A DNA stretch of 63,479 nt, filler included, from Olpidium bornovanus S191 (GCA_017911155.1; 32 parts of 32 records of this genome joined end to end with filler, not necessarily neighbours in it); one strand, 5' to 3'. Positions 11,277 through 23,334 are shown, counted from the whole stretch's first letter. Numbers and translations are program-made. Notes: a model not told the origin generated them from the letters alone.

Positions 11277-12415
11277 ATGTCCGCCGCCATCCGCGAGACG
11301 TTCGCCGCTTGCGCCACGCAGAGTACGCGCTGGCTTTTCCTTCCCCGCTGGCCGCCGTCCGACTTCCCTTTTCGTTCCAGCAGCTTCTGTATCGCGTTGT
11401 GATAGTCAGCACGCCGACAGCGTTTACCATCCCACGCTGGGCAAAATTTGGTCCGCCACTGTTCTGGATCGCGAACGCGCGCGTCGCGGGCCCAGCTGAG
11501 CCGGCTTCTTTTCTCTTACTCGAATTATCTCTTCATCCGCTTCAGACAGACCAGCGTTCGTCGCTTTCGTCACAGCCGGCTTTCCTTCGCCGGACGAGAC
11601 AACCGACATTCTTCTTGCGTTAGAAGATGGTGGGGCCGATGTTATTGAGCTGGGAATCCCGTTTACCGATCCCGTGGCCGACGGGCCGACAATCCAGGAG
11701 GCGAGCGAGGTAAACGAATTGCGGTGTGCGCGGGTGCAGTAATCAGTGAACGAAACGTAATCGTCCGTGCTTGCGCGACATCTCCGGCCAGGTTGCGCTG
11801 CGCCACGACGTCGATATACCTAGATGTCTTGAGCTCGTCGCGCGCTCTCGGTCCCGCGGCCTCAAAGCACCAGTCGTATTGATGGGGTACTACAACCCTA
11901 TACTAAACTACGGCGAGGCGAAGCTTGTGGAAGACTGTGTCAAAGCCGGAGTTCACGGGTTTATAGTGGTGGACCTTCCGCCCGAAGAGGCAACAAATTT
12001 TCACGATTTTTGCGCTTCGAAAGGGTGCGGATAGTTTTTGTTCTACTGTCGTATTGGGAGTATCCGTCGTACGAAACGGAAGCGGCGGGGCTTAATTTGA
12101 AAGCCACACGCTCGACCGATCAATAGTCTCTCGTATATCCCATTGATAGCGCCCAGCACCAGCGACAAGCGGATTGCACAGCTGGCCAAGGTGGCGGACT
12201 CGTTCATCTATGTCGTTAGCAAATTCGGGGTCACCGGCGCGTCCGACGCCGTAGATGCGCAGCTACCGGCCTTGATGGCGCGTATCCGCGCTCAAACCGA
12301 CGCTCCGCTTGCCGTGGGGTTCGGCGTTGGCCACCGGAGTCAGTTCGAGTTAATTGGAGAGCGCTCGGACGGCGTCGTCATTGGAAGCCAGATAATAACA
12401 GTGCTCAAAAACACT
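11277..12415 (+). CDS. TRP5: Tryptophan synthase, alpha-domain exons (fungal type; 3'-partial)
   Basis: MSAAIRETFAAC; RPAFVAFVTAGFP; GADVIELGIPFTDPVADGPTIQ; PVVLMGYYNPIL; GFIVVDLPPEEA; FIYVVSKFGVTG; PLAVGFGV; DGVVIGS. Interrupted by GT-AG introns. Confidence 0.96.
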
Positions 12416-12655
12416 GGTTCGTATGGGTCGCGGTGCATGGACTGCGTGCACTGTCGTGAATAACCGGGCTTCCGTGCGTTCGCTGATGTGCGTAACGGTT
12501 GGCGTTGTTTCCGTCTAAAACCATTGCGGGTTCCCATCGCATTTAGAACCCGGAANNNNNNNNNNNNNNNNNNNNNNNNNNNNNNNNNNNNNNNNNNNNT
12601 TAATTAATTAANNNNNNNNNNNNNNNNNNNNNNNNNNNNNNNNNNNNNNNNNNNN

Positions 12656-15129
12656 CATGCAACGAAACACCTCTCGTACAAGACCTCGACGCGGTCAGCT
12701 TTGGAATCAAACTCGTCTACTACTGGTGCCGTGCCGTCCGCAGCAGTGGCCGCGTTCGCCATCTCCGCCTGCTTCTCGACGGCGTTCGTCTCCTCAAACT
12801 CAAGGTACTTGACCCAGTTGGCCAACTGGGCTTCGTCCATCGGGCGCACGTGGAAATAGGGCCGCTTAATTTCAGACTCGTAGGGCCACCGCTTCAGGGT
12901 TTCCGCCTGAGTCCGAGTGTATATCTCCGATTTGATTTCGTGCACACGGAGCCGGACCTGCTGGTCGATTTCAGCATCCGACTAGTCCGGAGCGGGAAAA
13001 GACTGCAGTCAGCAGCCAGGACGACGGGGACACAGCGTCGTACGTCCAACCGCACTCCATAATGTACCTTGTCGGGAGCCGCTTCCCGAACCTGAGCCTC
13101 GATCGCAGCCAGCTGCTCAGCACCGATGACCTCCGCAAGCGGCCGCGCAGAGTACACGTGAGTGTATTTCTCGAAGAAGCGCGCGTATTGGTGCATAGGT
13201 ATGCGGATAATGCGCTCGAGCACGGGAAGCACGAGGGAGTTTTCGCCCTGACTCTCCTCGAACTCGATGTATTTATCCCAGAACAGATGGGCAAGGAAGT
13301 CCAGGCCGACGCATTCTGCTCCGCGCTGAAACAACCTGTGGCAAAAAAAAAAACGCGACGGAGCAATGAAAGAGGGAAAAGAGAGGCCTTTAGTGAACGC
13401 AGCACGGAAAAACATCTGAGCAGCCGGTAGCCACCGGCAAACATACAGCAAAGAACGGGAAAAATATAGGATAAAAGCGCCGATATTAACAAACAGAGCG
13501 CACAAAGCCGTCGAGTGGACCGTTCACCGGCTGAACCGGTGGCGAACCTCCACGGAACGCACAGGTTACGGCAAATGTGATCGGTCCGGACCTAGTTGCG
13601 CTTTACGCGGGCGCCTGCTGGAGACACCGCCCGTCAGGCAGTCTGTTGCATGCACGTGCAGGCATGCGCGACTGCTTACCGGAGCGGGACATCTCATCTC
13701 TATATGTGGGGCCGCAGCCTAGCCACGAGCCGCTGGCGAACGGGCGTCATTGAGTAGCATTTTCGCGGCGCGCTACAGCGCCCGCTCCCCCTACACCCCA
13801 CACCCCCCCCCGGTTTCACGGCGTCCATGCAACGAACGAATTCCACAGAATACAAGTCCAACAACCGGCAGCAAGAAAAAGGGAAAAAGAAAATTGGCCA
13901 TGCAACAGACAACTTCACAGCGACGGCAATACTCACTGCCGGATGCCCTCAACGTCGTCACGGAAATGCTCCATTTTGAAAGAGCAGTACTGCGTCCAGA
14001 GGTCCACGGAGTTGAAAACTGCAGCAACGCCGCGCTCGAAAGTCTAGAGCACAAAATGATGTAATCAGCGGCACACGAGAATCAAATGACCTGGGCGAAA
14101 GGCGCGTGCGCGCTGACGTCCACGTCCCGCTGTTCCCTAACCCTAACCCTAAGTTTGCGGCATGCCACAAACAGACACTTGAACCCTCCCCCAGGGCCCG
14201 CTTTCTGTTCCAAATCTGACCTCGGGCTTACCTTTTCCGCCGCCTCCGGCCCGGAGAACGCCAACTCGTCGTCGGCATACTTCTTCCAGTAGCCGAAGCA
14301 CAGCGGGAAGCGGGCGAGAAAGCGGTCATACGCCTCGTGCAGGGAGCTCTGATACTGGGCAGGCGTCTCGTGGTTGAGGCCGTTGGGAACGGACTCCACG
14401 CAGCGGATAAGGGCCTCCCAGGCGGCGAAGTCGTCCGGGTTCGAATTGACCGCGTCCCAGCACTGTTTGAGTGCCGAAGCGGCCGGGTCCACGGGCGCCG
14501 CGGCCTCGCCGGTGTAGTCCGCCGGCGGCTCGGCTTTCAAGGGCTGCGCGGGAACACCGTCCGCTACCTGCGAAACTGTGTCTGAACGGCGGGCGGAGAA
14601 AGGTACGGAATAAGTCAACCGAGCGACCCACCTGACTCAAGACCGTCAAGCACCTTACGGCGCGCGTAACGCCGTGCTGCGAGTGCACGTTTGGGTCCCC
14701 GCCAAGCCCCGTTCCCCAAAACCCCCCCCCCCCCAAAAAAAAAAAAAAAAAAAAACCGGATGTCCGCGTGCTTTGCTTTGTCCGCCTCGGCTTATCAACC
14801 GGCTCAGCCACAGCGATTTCCCAGCTCCCCCGTCCGCGTTCGAGTCGGCGGGGGCGGAAAACCCGTGGCGGCTTCGCGCGACTGTTTCGGGCGCCTGCGC
14901 TCGCCTTCCAGGCTGCGGGCCGTTTTCTCGACCTCCGTGGGAGCGGGTCCAAAATCGTTCGTGCTCCCCGCGCGGCAGCCGCATCCCCCTTCCGGCGGCG
15001 CTGCGACACGGCCGAACGGCGAGGGGCGGTTTCCCGCCCCTTTTTTTTTTTCCCGCTTCCACCGGCACCGCCCCCGCCGGGTGGGGTGCTCTCTCCCTCA
15101 CCTTGGGCGACTTCCATAGGGGATGTCAT
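12656..15129 (-). CDS. PRP39: U1 snRNP HAT-repeat protein Prp39 (3'-partial)
   Basis: NPDDFAAWEAL; YDRFLARFPLCFGYWKKYAD; TFERGVAAVFNSVDLWTQYC; LFQRGAECVGLDFLAHLFWDKYIEFE; RWPYESEIKRPYFHV; QLANWVKYLEFE; VLYERC. The putative first-exon ATG at 15129 is less certain. Confidence 0.93.
14135..14152 (+). repeat. (CCCTAA)3 telomere-like hexamer repeat inside a PRP39 intron
   Basis: Direct reading: ccctaa ccctaa ccctaa. Confidence 0.6.
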
Positions 15130-15303
15130 CCTCGGGAAGGCGGGTGGGGTGGAGGGGCCAAAGTGTTGGCGCTGGGCTTTGAAAAGAGAAGGGGGGAGGG
15201 GGTCGGGGAATGGGGAAGGGGAAGGGGAAGGGGAAGGGGGGGGGAAGAGGAGCCGGGGCTCTGCTCTGCTGCTTGCTCTCTCGCTCTTCTCCTTTCCCGC
15301 GTC

Positions 15304-15340
<37 letters not shown>

Positions 15341-15406
15341 CCTTCCTCTTCTTCTTTTCCCTTCTGCCCCTCTCTCTCTGCTCTCCTCGCTCTCTCTTTC
15401 TCCCCC

Positions 15407-15476
<70 letters not shown>

Positions 15477-15743
15477 AAGACAGCAAGAAAAAGAACGGCA
15501 GCAGGGCAGACAGGAGCGACCACCCCCCCGCCCGCCGCCGCACTAACGCCNNNNNNNNNNNNNNNNNNNNNNNNNNNNNNNNNNNNNNNNNNNNTTAATT
15601 AATTAANNNNNNNNNNNNNNNNNNNNNNNNNNNNNNNNNNNNNNNNNNNNACCCCGGGAGTCAAAACTGATGGAAGCTGCGAGAGGCACACGTAACGGAC
15701 CGTGGTCCGGTATGCTGCTGTAGCCAACCGCGTCGAAAACGTT

Positions 15744-16818
15744 TCAGTCGCAAACCTTAAATAGAACATGATTGTACGGTTGTATTTCCAGTTTCTTTGC
15801 CAACATATTCTTTGATGAAGCCCTGAGGCAGAGCGACGTGGTAAGCCTAAGGGCAACCGTATCGTTTTCCCCTTGAAACCAACCTCGGCGGTCGCTTACG
15901 TCCAGGTTCGCGCCGGAATCACCCGTCGCCGTGCTCACCGACCCTCTGCGCTCGACGTTGCATGGCCCTTTGCCGGGTAACGCGCCGGAATGGCTGGGGA
16001 GTGTCCGTTGAATGTTCTGCGGCGACTTTTCCCGACGTCGAGAGTGATCAAAGTCGTGAAAGTCCCTTTTCAAAATGATCATTCCTTGCATTAAAGCCTT
16101 TTCTTCTGGCGGCAGATGCGCCGCGGCGGGACCTTCCTCTTTCGCCCGGCGGCGGCTTCCGGGATCAGCTTTGTTGCAATCGCTGGCAGGGTTCTCTGTT
16201 TTGGAACCCTGCAGAAGCGCCTTCGTTTTGAGCTGCCAAAACGGCCTGCGCTTTTGCCGCTGCCGCTGACAAAAATCGCGTTTCGGAGGCCACTCGTGAG
16301 CGGGCCAGCCTTTGGCGCCGTAGTGGAAGTCGTTGTTGGGCTGGGTCACGTCCGGAACAAAAGGAGGCGGGTAGTCAGTGGATCGGGCCGCCAGCTTGAC
16401 GAAGTCGATGACGGCAAAGAAAGGGTGCTCCCGAAACTGCCGTTCGGATGAGCAGCCAAGGCGGTTGCTTGTCTCGCGGCACAGGAGGGCCTTGATTGCA
16501 GCCAGTGCGTCCGAGCTGACAATCTGCGTTATCTTTGTAGGGTAAGAAATTCCGACAGAGCAGATCTGCTCGGTAATTTGCTCACGAGGTTTGCCCCTGA
16601 ACGGACACCTTCCGTACAAGCACTCGAACATGAGGACGCCGAGGGACCACCAATCGGGTTCCGTCGTGTAGGGAGTCCTCTTCAGGACTTCGGGGGCCAT
16701 GTACTTGTATGTCCCGGCAGTGCCGGTAATTGGCCCGTTAGGACGCGTGCGCGCAGCAACGTTGAAGTCCGTGATGTAGCAGTGGCCTGCGGCGTCGATC
16801 AAGACGTTCGCCGGCTTG
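15744..16818 (-). CDS. AGC-group Ser/Thr kinase, STK32/YANK-like, C-terminal half
   Basis: KPANVLID..GHCYITDFNVA (the DFN motif is characteristic of STK32/YANK), AGTYKYMAPE, DWWSLGV, LLCRETSNRLG, HPFF..IDF, PPFVP. No intron over about 1.07 kb. Confidence 0.8.
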
Positions 16819-17719
16819 NNNNNNNNNNNNNNNNNNNNNNNNNNNNNNNNNNNNNNNNNNNNTTAATTAATTAANNNNNNNNNNNNNNNNNNNNNNNNNN
16901 NNNNNNNNNNNNNNNNNNGAGCCACAAGGCGACCTAATCAAATGGTATTCGTATCTGTAGTACACGTGTATACTACTGGGTAGTCTTGAAGGCTTTCGCG
17001 GGGTTTTGAGTTTCAAGAGGCGGAAAGTACGGCGGCATGTACCAGCCTTTGTCACGCAGAAAAGAACGGGGTTTCTAATAAAACAAAATCGAAATAGGGA
17101 GGAAAAATGCCGGATATGTGGGTGGCAAAAGGATGTGCAGTGGTCCCGAAGAACACCCGTTATTTTGAAGATATGTTTTCGGAACAATTTGTTTAAAGCA
17201 CGTGTGTTCCCGACTTCCCGCGGGCTTTGCCACGCTCGCGCCCCAGCAAGGCTCGATCTCTCACAAAGTGCCCTCGAGGCCGTGCAGATCGCTGCTGAAA
17301 TAGTACTCGTCCTCTAACGGGGCGGTTTGGGCGATGTCGTCGTAATAACTGGGGAGGGCGCGGAAAGGGTTGCGGCAGGTTTTTCGTGAACGGCGTGGCG
17401 AGACGCGAGGATAGAAGGTTTAGGGACGGGGTGGCGGGGTGTTTCCGAGGTCAGATCCGTCCGTTGAGATCGCCGATGATTTTGCGCCGATAACCTTTTT
17501 CTGCGAGTGACGACGTTCTTTCCGACCTATCCCCGTTCCCAGGGGGTATTCGCGCGAACCGGCTCATCCCAGGGTGCCCACGAGCACGTACGCTGCCTCA
17601 GAAGGCGAACGCCAACCACTCCTTCGTCCCCTTCCTGCTCTCGCCGCATCTCGAAGAGAGTAGAGGAGAGGAGAGCAGGGCAGAGCAGAGGATGGGGAAA
17701 GGGGCGTTCCCACTCACCG

Positions 17720-18040
17720 TTTCTTTCTCGCCACTTTGACCACCCTCTGTCTCGGGCTGAGGGAGCGCAGGTCCTCGAGCAGCACCCTCCAGCCGTCCGC
17801 GCCGGCGCACACGATGCGCATGTCGTTCACGTCGACGTATTCAAACAATAGCGGGTCGTCTGCAGGGGCGAGGCCCAGCCTCCGCTGCAGGTACTCCTGC
17901 ACCAGCTCGAAGCGCGGCAACATCAGCAGGTCCACCGGCACCGCGTCGCTGTCCCGGTAGCAGAACACCGAGACCAGCGGTGGTCCTTCCGTTCCTTCCT
18001 CTACGTCCGCGGGGTTTCCCATGTGATCTTGAGGGGGTGC
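17720..18040 (-). CDS. Small protein exon with a PB1-like domain
   Basis: VSVFCYRDSDAVPVDLLMLPRFELVQEYLQRRLGL...LLFEYVDVNDMRIVC...W resembles the PB1 beta-grasp fold with a degenerate OPCA (YxDxDxDxI) motif. A donor-like site follows at about 17716. Confidence 0.45.
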
Positions 18041-18420
18041 CGAAACAGGCGGGGCGGTTGCAGGCGGGTTGGGAGAGAGATTTTCCGCTGAGGGTGTCTC
18101 CGTTGCCACGCCGGCCTGGGGCGCCGGGGTTTTTGGCTGTGAACGGGGCTGAGGATTTTTTTTTTTTTTTTTTTTTTGTTCCCCACTCCCACTCTCTGCA
18201 TGGAGTCTCCTATAGGCCCGCTGCGTGCGCGGAGGGACTGAAGCAAAAGTCAACGGCACGAGCAATGGAAGCCCGTCAGTGGGATTCCGAGAGAGGACCC
18301 CGGTAAGGCCAAGTCCAAANNNNNNNNNNNNNNNNNNNNNNNNNNNNNNNNNNNNNNNNNNNNTTAATTAATTAANNNNNNNNNNNNNNNNNNNNNNNNN
18401 NNNNNNNNNNNNNNNNNNNG

Positions 18421-18467
<47 letters not shown>

Positions 18468-18839
18468 GTTGGGCCCCCCCCCGGGAAACCCCCGGGGGGG
18501 AAAACCCCCCCTTTTCCCCCCCCCCCCCCCCCCCCCCCCCCAACCTCTTCCCTCTTCCTGATTCACGATCGGCAAAAAGACCAAAAAAACGAACCCGAAA
18601 ATAAAAAGAAAAGAAAAAGAAAACAAAGAAAAATTCTCCGGGGCGCGGGCCGGAGTAACACGTTCTTTTTTTGTGCTTTCTTTCTCCAGCGGTTCGGACG
18701 ACAGGGGCAGGGGCGCGCGCGCGCGCTGAGGGGCGGCGGGCGGGCGGGGCGCGGGTTTAGGGGAAAGCGAAGAGGGGGTGTGTGGAACCTGGGCGGAAAC
18801 CCGGGCAGAGCCGGGGTCCCACCCGGTGTGGTGTGAACT

Positions 18840-19260
18840 TTGTTCACTTCGATTTTGATTTTTCCCTTATTACTTCGATTTTATTTTGTTTCGATTTCGA
18901 TTGTAATTTGGTCGATTTCGATTTGTGAACTTTGTTTGCTTCTATTTTGATTTATTCCGTTTCGATTTCGACTTTATTTTGTTTCAATTTCAATTGTACT
19001 TTATTCGATTCGATTTCATTCTATTCGAGTTCAATTCTGTAGCCTTCGATTTGAGTCTGCCCCCTTCGAGTCGCCTTTCTATTGCTTCTCGATTTCAATT
19101 TACACGTGGCGATAGTTTACGCGTTCGACGGCTGTACGCAGATAGATTTTCTTCCCACCCCGAGCTCGAACACACAAAACGAACGAAACCGAACGTAGAA
19201 TCGAACGTAATAAAAGCAACGAACTTGCGATCTTCTCAAAGAAAACTCGGGCCATCGAGT
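18840..19260. repeat. AT-rich degenerate TTCGAT(T) iteron-like array followed by an opposite-orientation AACGAA/AATCGAA tract
   Basis: Many ttcgat/ttcgattt units at 18840-19100, and A-rich complementary-style units at 19176-19235. No credible ORF on this contig. Confidence 0.55.
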
Positions 19261-19690
19261 GCTCGTTTTCCGCACCTCACCGGACCATAGGTCATATACT
19301 ACCCCCGAGGCCAACACAGCCTCGGAGGCCACCGCCCCGGGGCCAACACAGCCCCGAGGGACCCACTGGGTCCGCCCTGCTTGCGCTAGCTCACTGGCTA
19401 ATACAATAGCCCATAAGGGCGTTGGTCTATCTCTAGCTATGGCTCGCCATGGGAACTCGGTGTCTCGCGGAGCGGCCCCCACCAGACCCCCCCATCTTCT
19501 TGACCAAGCCGTCCCGGCGGTCACTTGCTCGTTGCCTGGCAGTGCGGGGGCACCAGGACGAGAACANNNNNNNNNNNNNNNNNNNNNNNNNNNNNNNNNN
19601 NNNNNNNNNNTTAATTAATTAANNNNNNNNNNNNNNNNNNNNNNNNNNNNNNNNNNNNNNNNNNNNCCGTCTCGCGCGGGGCCGGCGCCG

Positions 19691-21605
19691 TTGTCCTTTT
19701 TCTTCTTCTTTTTTCTTATTTTTTTTTTTTTCTTTTGGACGGCCGCGGGCCAGCTGCGCGATGGCGGGACCAGGTCGCTGGCGCAGAAGGCGTCGTCCAA
19801 GCTGTCGCTGCTGTCGACCGCGGCGGCGGCCGTCGTGGAGGGCGTGCAGATGCTGATGTCGGGCACGTCGGGATCGAAGGTGGCGGCGGAGGAGCAGCTC
19901 AGCGACGGCGTTCCAAGCCTTTTCGCAAAGAAGTCGATCAGCACGAGGAGCATTGCCGCCGCCGTCGCCGCCGCCAGGCGGCCGTCGTCGGCATCGGCGG
20001 CGGCGTCGCTGTCGGCCACCCGGGCTGCGGGCGCGGTCGCCGCCGCCGCGTACGTGCCCATCGGGGACGCCGGCGGCAGCGGCGCGTCCGCGGCCGAAAA
20101 GCGGCGGTCCCTGGAGGCGGCGATCATGACGATGCGGGAGGACGAGTGCGACTCCGATTCAAGTTACGATTACTACAGCGACCTGGGCGAGGACGAGGAA
20201 GAGGAAGAGGAGGCGGAGTCGCCGCTGACGTCCCAGCCGGTTCCGGCAGTGGCCTCGCACGAGGTTTCGCACCCGGAGCAGCAGCAGCAGCAGCAGCAGC
20301 CGGCGCCGGCGGGGAGGACGCCCTCCGTCTTGGAGTCGCCGCTGCCGCCGCTCGCGGACGGGGTGGAGAAGTCCGCTCTTCTCCACAACGACCAATCGTC
20401 CGTGCGGACGTCCCCGGAGATCCGGCCGGCGCTGCAGCCACAGCCACCGTCCACGCCGAGGGTGGCGCACCGGTCGGCGAGCATCGCCGACCGGCAGGCC
20501 GCACTCGCGTACCAGCAGGCGAGGCACGCCGATAAGGCCTTTGGCGGCGGCGCGGCCGCGAGGCACGGCGACAAAGGCGCCGGCGCCGGCGGCCGCAGGG
20601 TCAGGGAGTTCCAGCCGGTGGACCAGGTGGCGGCCCAGGAGCGGCGGAGGGCCATGAGAAAGGAAGCGGGAAGGCGCATCGGCCCGCTGGTGGAGGGGTC
20701 GAGCGCCCAAGAGCGTCAGGCGGAATGCCTGAAGGCGGAGGCGGCGGCGGCGGCGGCGGAGGCTGCGGCGGCCATGGAGCAGGCGCTAAAAGCGAAGGCG
20801 AAGAAGGCAATACCGAAGCCGAAGCCGCCGAAAGCGCTGTTAGACCCGAAAGTAAGAAGTCAGCTAGCCAAACTCAGAGTGCACAAGGTAAAAAGCTGGA
20901 CTCTCCCTCTGTCTCTCTCTCTTTTCTCTCTTTCTGTCTCTCTGTCGTTCTGCGCCTTCGTTTTCTGGAAATGCGGAAATTGTTTCGCCTTCGCCTTTTT
21001 TGCGGCGGGGGGAAGAGGGGAGAAAAAACAACGGAGAAAAAAAAAAGGGATTAAGACGATGCTGACAGGACCTCTCTCGGAGAGGCAGCCCTTCTTCCTG
21101 GTCATCCTCACGATTTTCCACGTCGGGATGATGGCCTACGAGGTGTACTACAACGGCGGGTTCGAGAGCTTCCCGTCGAAGAACCCGTTCGGCGGGCCGG
21201 GCGACGGGACGCTGACCAAACTGGGTGCCAAGTTCGTGGATTGCATGAGGTTCTCCCCCGCCAAGGCCGGGTCCCTGGTGGCCTGTCCGCCGGGGACCGG
21301 CCTGGACCACGAATGGGCGGTTCTGGCAGCCGGCGCGGACGGCGCGCCCGCTTGCGCCATGAGGTACTACGACTTCATGAACGTATACTGCGGGATGGGG
21401 GGCTTCGCCCGGCGCGGGGCACCGGACCAGTTCTGGAGGTTCCTCACGCCGATCGGCCTGCACGTCGGCATCGTTCATCTGCTGCTCAACTTGAACACGC
21501 AGGTCCGGATGGGGATCCCGATGGAGCGCCAGATCGGCTCGCTGAGGATGGTCGTCCTCTACGTCCTGTCGGGAGTCGGCGGAAACCTTTTCGGCGCCAT
21601 CATGA
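19691..21605 (+). CDS. Rhomboid-family (peptidase S54) membrane protein with a long low-complexity N-terminus (partial)
   Basis: Intron at 20888-21082; then RQPFFLVILTIFH, NPFGGPG..TL.KLGAKF..CMR, PDQFWRFLTPIGLHVGIVHLLLN, ERQIG..R...LY.LSGVGGNL. The catalytic GxS and H positions lie beyond the contig end. Confidence 0.85.
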
Positions 21606-21705
21606 NNNNNNNNNNNNNNNNNNNNNNNNNNNNNNNNNNNNNNNNNNNNTTAATTAATTAANNNNNNNNNNNNNNNNNNNNNNNNNNNNNNNNNNNNNNN
21701 NNNNN

Positions 21706-22440
21706 CATGGTTACAGAAGCATACTACGCAGGAATTGCGCGACCGAGAGCATCAATGGGGATGGGCCTCAAAGGAGGATAGCAATTTTCAGCGAAATGCT
21801 ATTTCAACGGCATCCGGCACGCAGCGGAAAAGGCATTTAACACGCACCGCAGTACCTTCGTCGTTTCCGAACATAGTCCCCGTGCGGGCGCGCCATTTCG
21901 GCTGCTCTTTCACGACGAGGTGGACGTCGACGGCCTGCCGCGGGTCCAAAGTGCCGAACATCAAAGCCGGGGAAGGCGTTGCGTCAAGTGATACGCCAAC
22001 CTCTCGAAACATGCCCAGCCGCTCCATCCTGTAGGCGGTGATCCTCAGAGATCGTAGCAGGGCAGAAAGCGTGTTCGCCTGCAAGACAGGCCGCAGGATC
22101 TTCTCCATGAAACGCTCCCGGGTCCGCTTGGCTCCGTTCACACGGAGGGTGTCCACCCGCACGGGGCAATCGGCCTGGCTGGAGATCTGTCCGGAAAGCA
22201 CGGTCCACGTCGAAGATGAAGTCAACTAATGCACCTCCTCTGGGCACTCTCGTCGGAGTCGCCGTGGTGACACGGTGCGACCCGCATGAGTTTCGGGAAC
22301 GGTCCCGAGCTTCCCCCCGTCACCAGCGCGGTGTACCAGGTTGAACACGTTGAGCATGGCTTCACGATGAGCGTGAGCATCCTTTTCTGTGGGCTCTGGT
22401 TCCGGGATACCGTCCTCGGACGGGCGCGACCCTTCCAAGA
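21706..22440 (-). CDS. SAM50: Sam50/Tob55 mitochondrial Omp85 protein, POTRA-domain exons (partial)
   Basis: PVRVDTLRVNGAKRTR..F....L.PVL.ANTL..L......YRMERLGMF..V.V.LD...VDV.L.VKEQPKWRARTGT..GNDEG, followed by a donor. Confidence 0.85.
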
Positions 22441-22617
22441 CCTGAGTTAAAAAGAGAGTCAGAAATGCGGCGGCAACGGCGCGGCGAACTGCTCCGGTGG
22501 CATGTTCCGCTGGCAGGGCATGCGCGCGTACGCACACAGCCCCTGGTCCCAACTTCGCCGCGGGCCGCTCACCTCGTCCAGCAGCATGTCCAAGCGAAAT
22601 GCCAGGCGGGCGCGGAC

Positions 22618-22653
22618 GTTGTTGTTTGTTGTTTGTTGTTTGTTGTTGTTTGC

Positions 22654-22701
<48 letters not shown>
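22618..22701. repeat. (GTT)n/(AAC)n microsatellite
   Basis: About 84 bp of imperfect-to-perfect GTT repeats. Confidence 0.9.
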
Positions 22702-23180
22702 GGGATTCTGCCTGTGTTTCAGCCGCGGGCGTGCGGAGCCTCACATTCCAGCAGGGAGGGGCGGGGCGGGCAGGGGAGGCGTAATTGGCCAGATGACGGG
22801 TCCGCCTGTCGCACGGCGGAACTCTGAGAGCACCTGGCAGCGCAAGCAGAGCCGAGTTCTTCTGTTGCTGCTGCCTGCCGGCAGACGCCCTGAAACCCTG
22901 GTCTGCGGAAGCTTGGCAGCTGCCGGCGTTGTCGGGGGAGGATGCTGCAGAATTACGTGTTAGGTGCCTGGTTTCTGACTGGCGGAGACGCTCATCCACA
23001 AAAGCCAAAATGAACCCCCGCCAAAAGAAGGCGCACCAGGCGCGCGTCTTGTCGGAGGTCTAAACTTTGTTTTCGGCGTGCGCGCACGGCTACCGCGCGG
23101 GAGGTCCGCATGCCATTTGGGAGCCTGTCCGTATGTAATTCACGACGTGTTAGCACGCAATCACTTCTTCTGTGGGGGAC

Positions 23181-23334
23181 AGCGATAGATGACCGAGGTT
23201 GGCCCCTCTCATGGCGGCGTTCGCGTCAACATCCAGCTCCTGTGACTGGCATGCGCTTGTCCCATACCGGGCAGCGATAGATGGCCGAGGTTGGGCCCGC
23301 CCATGGCTGCGCTCGCGTCAACATCCAGCTCCTG
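23181..23334. repeat. Tandem duplication of an ~62-bp unit with a 92-bp period
   Basis: agcgatagatgaccgaggttggcc...cgcgtcaacatccagctcctg at 23181 and agcgatagatggccgaggttgggcc...cgcgtcaacatccagctcctg at 23273. Confidence 0.75.

Noticed and set aside
19735-20810. Numerous long Arg/Ala/Pro-rich ORFs overlapping real genes (also 33120-34826, 40553-42103, 60892-62023)
   Set aside because: They are expected stop-codon scarcity in very GC-rich coding DNA and show no family motifs.
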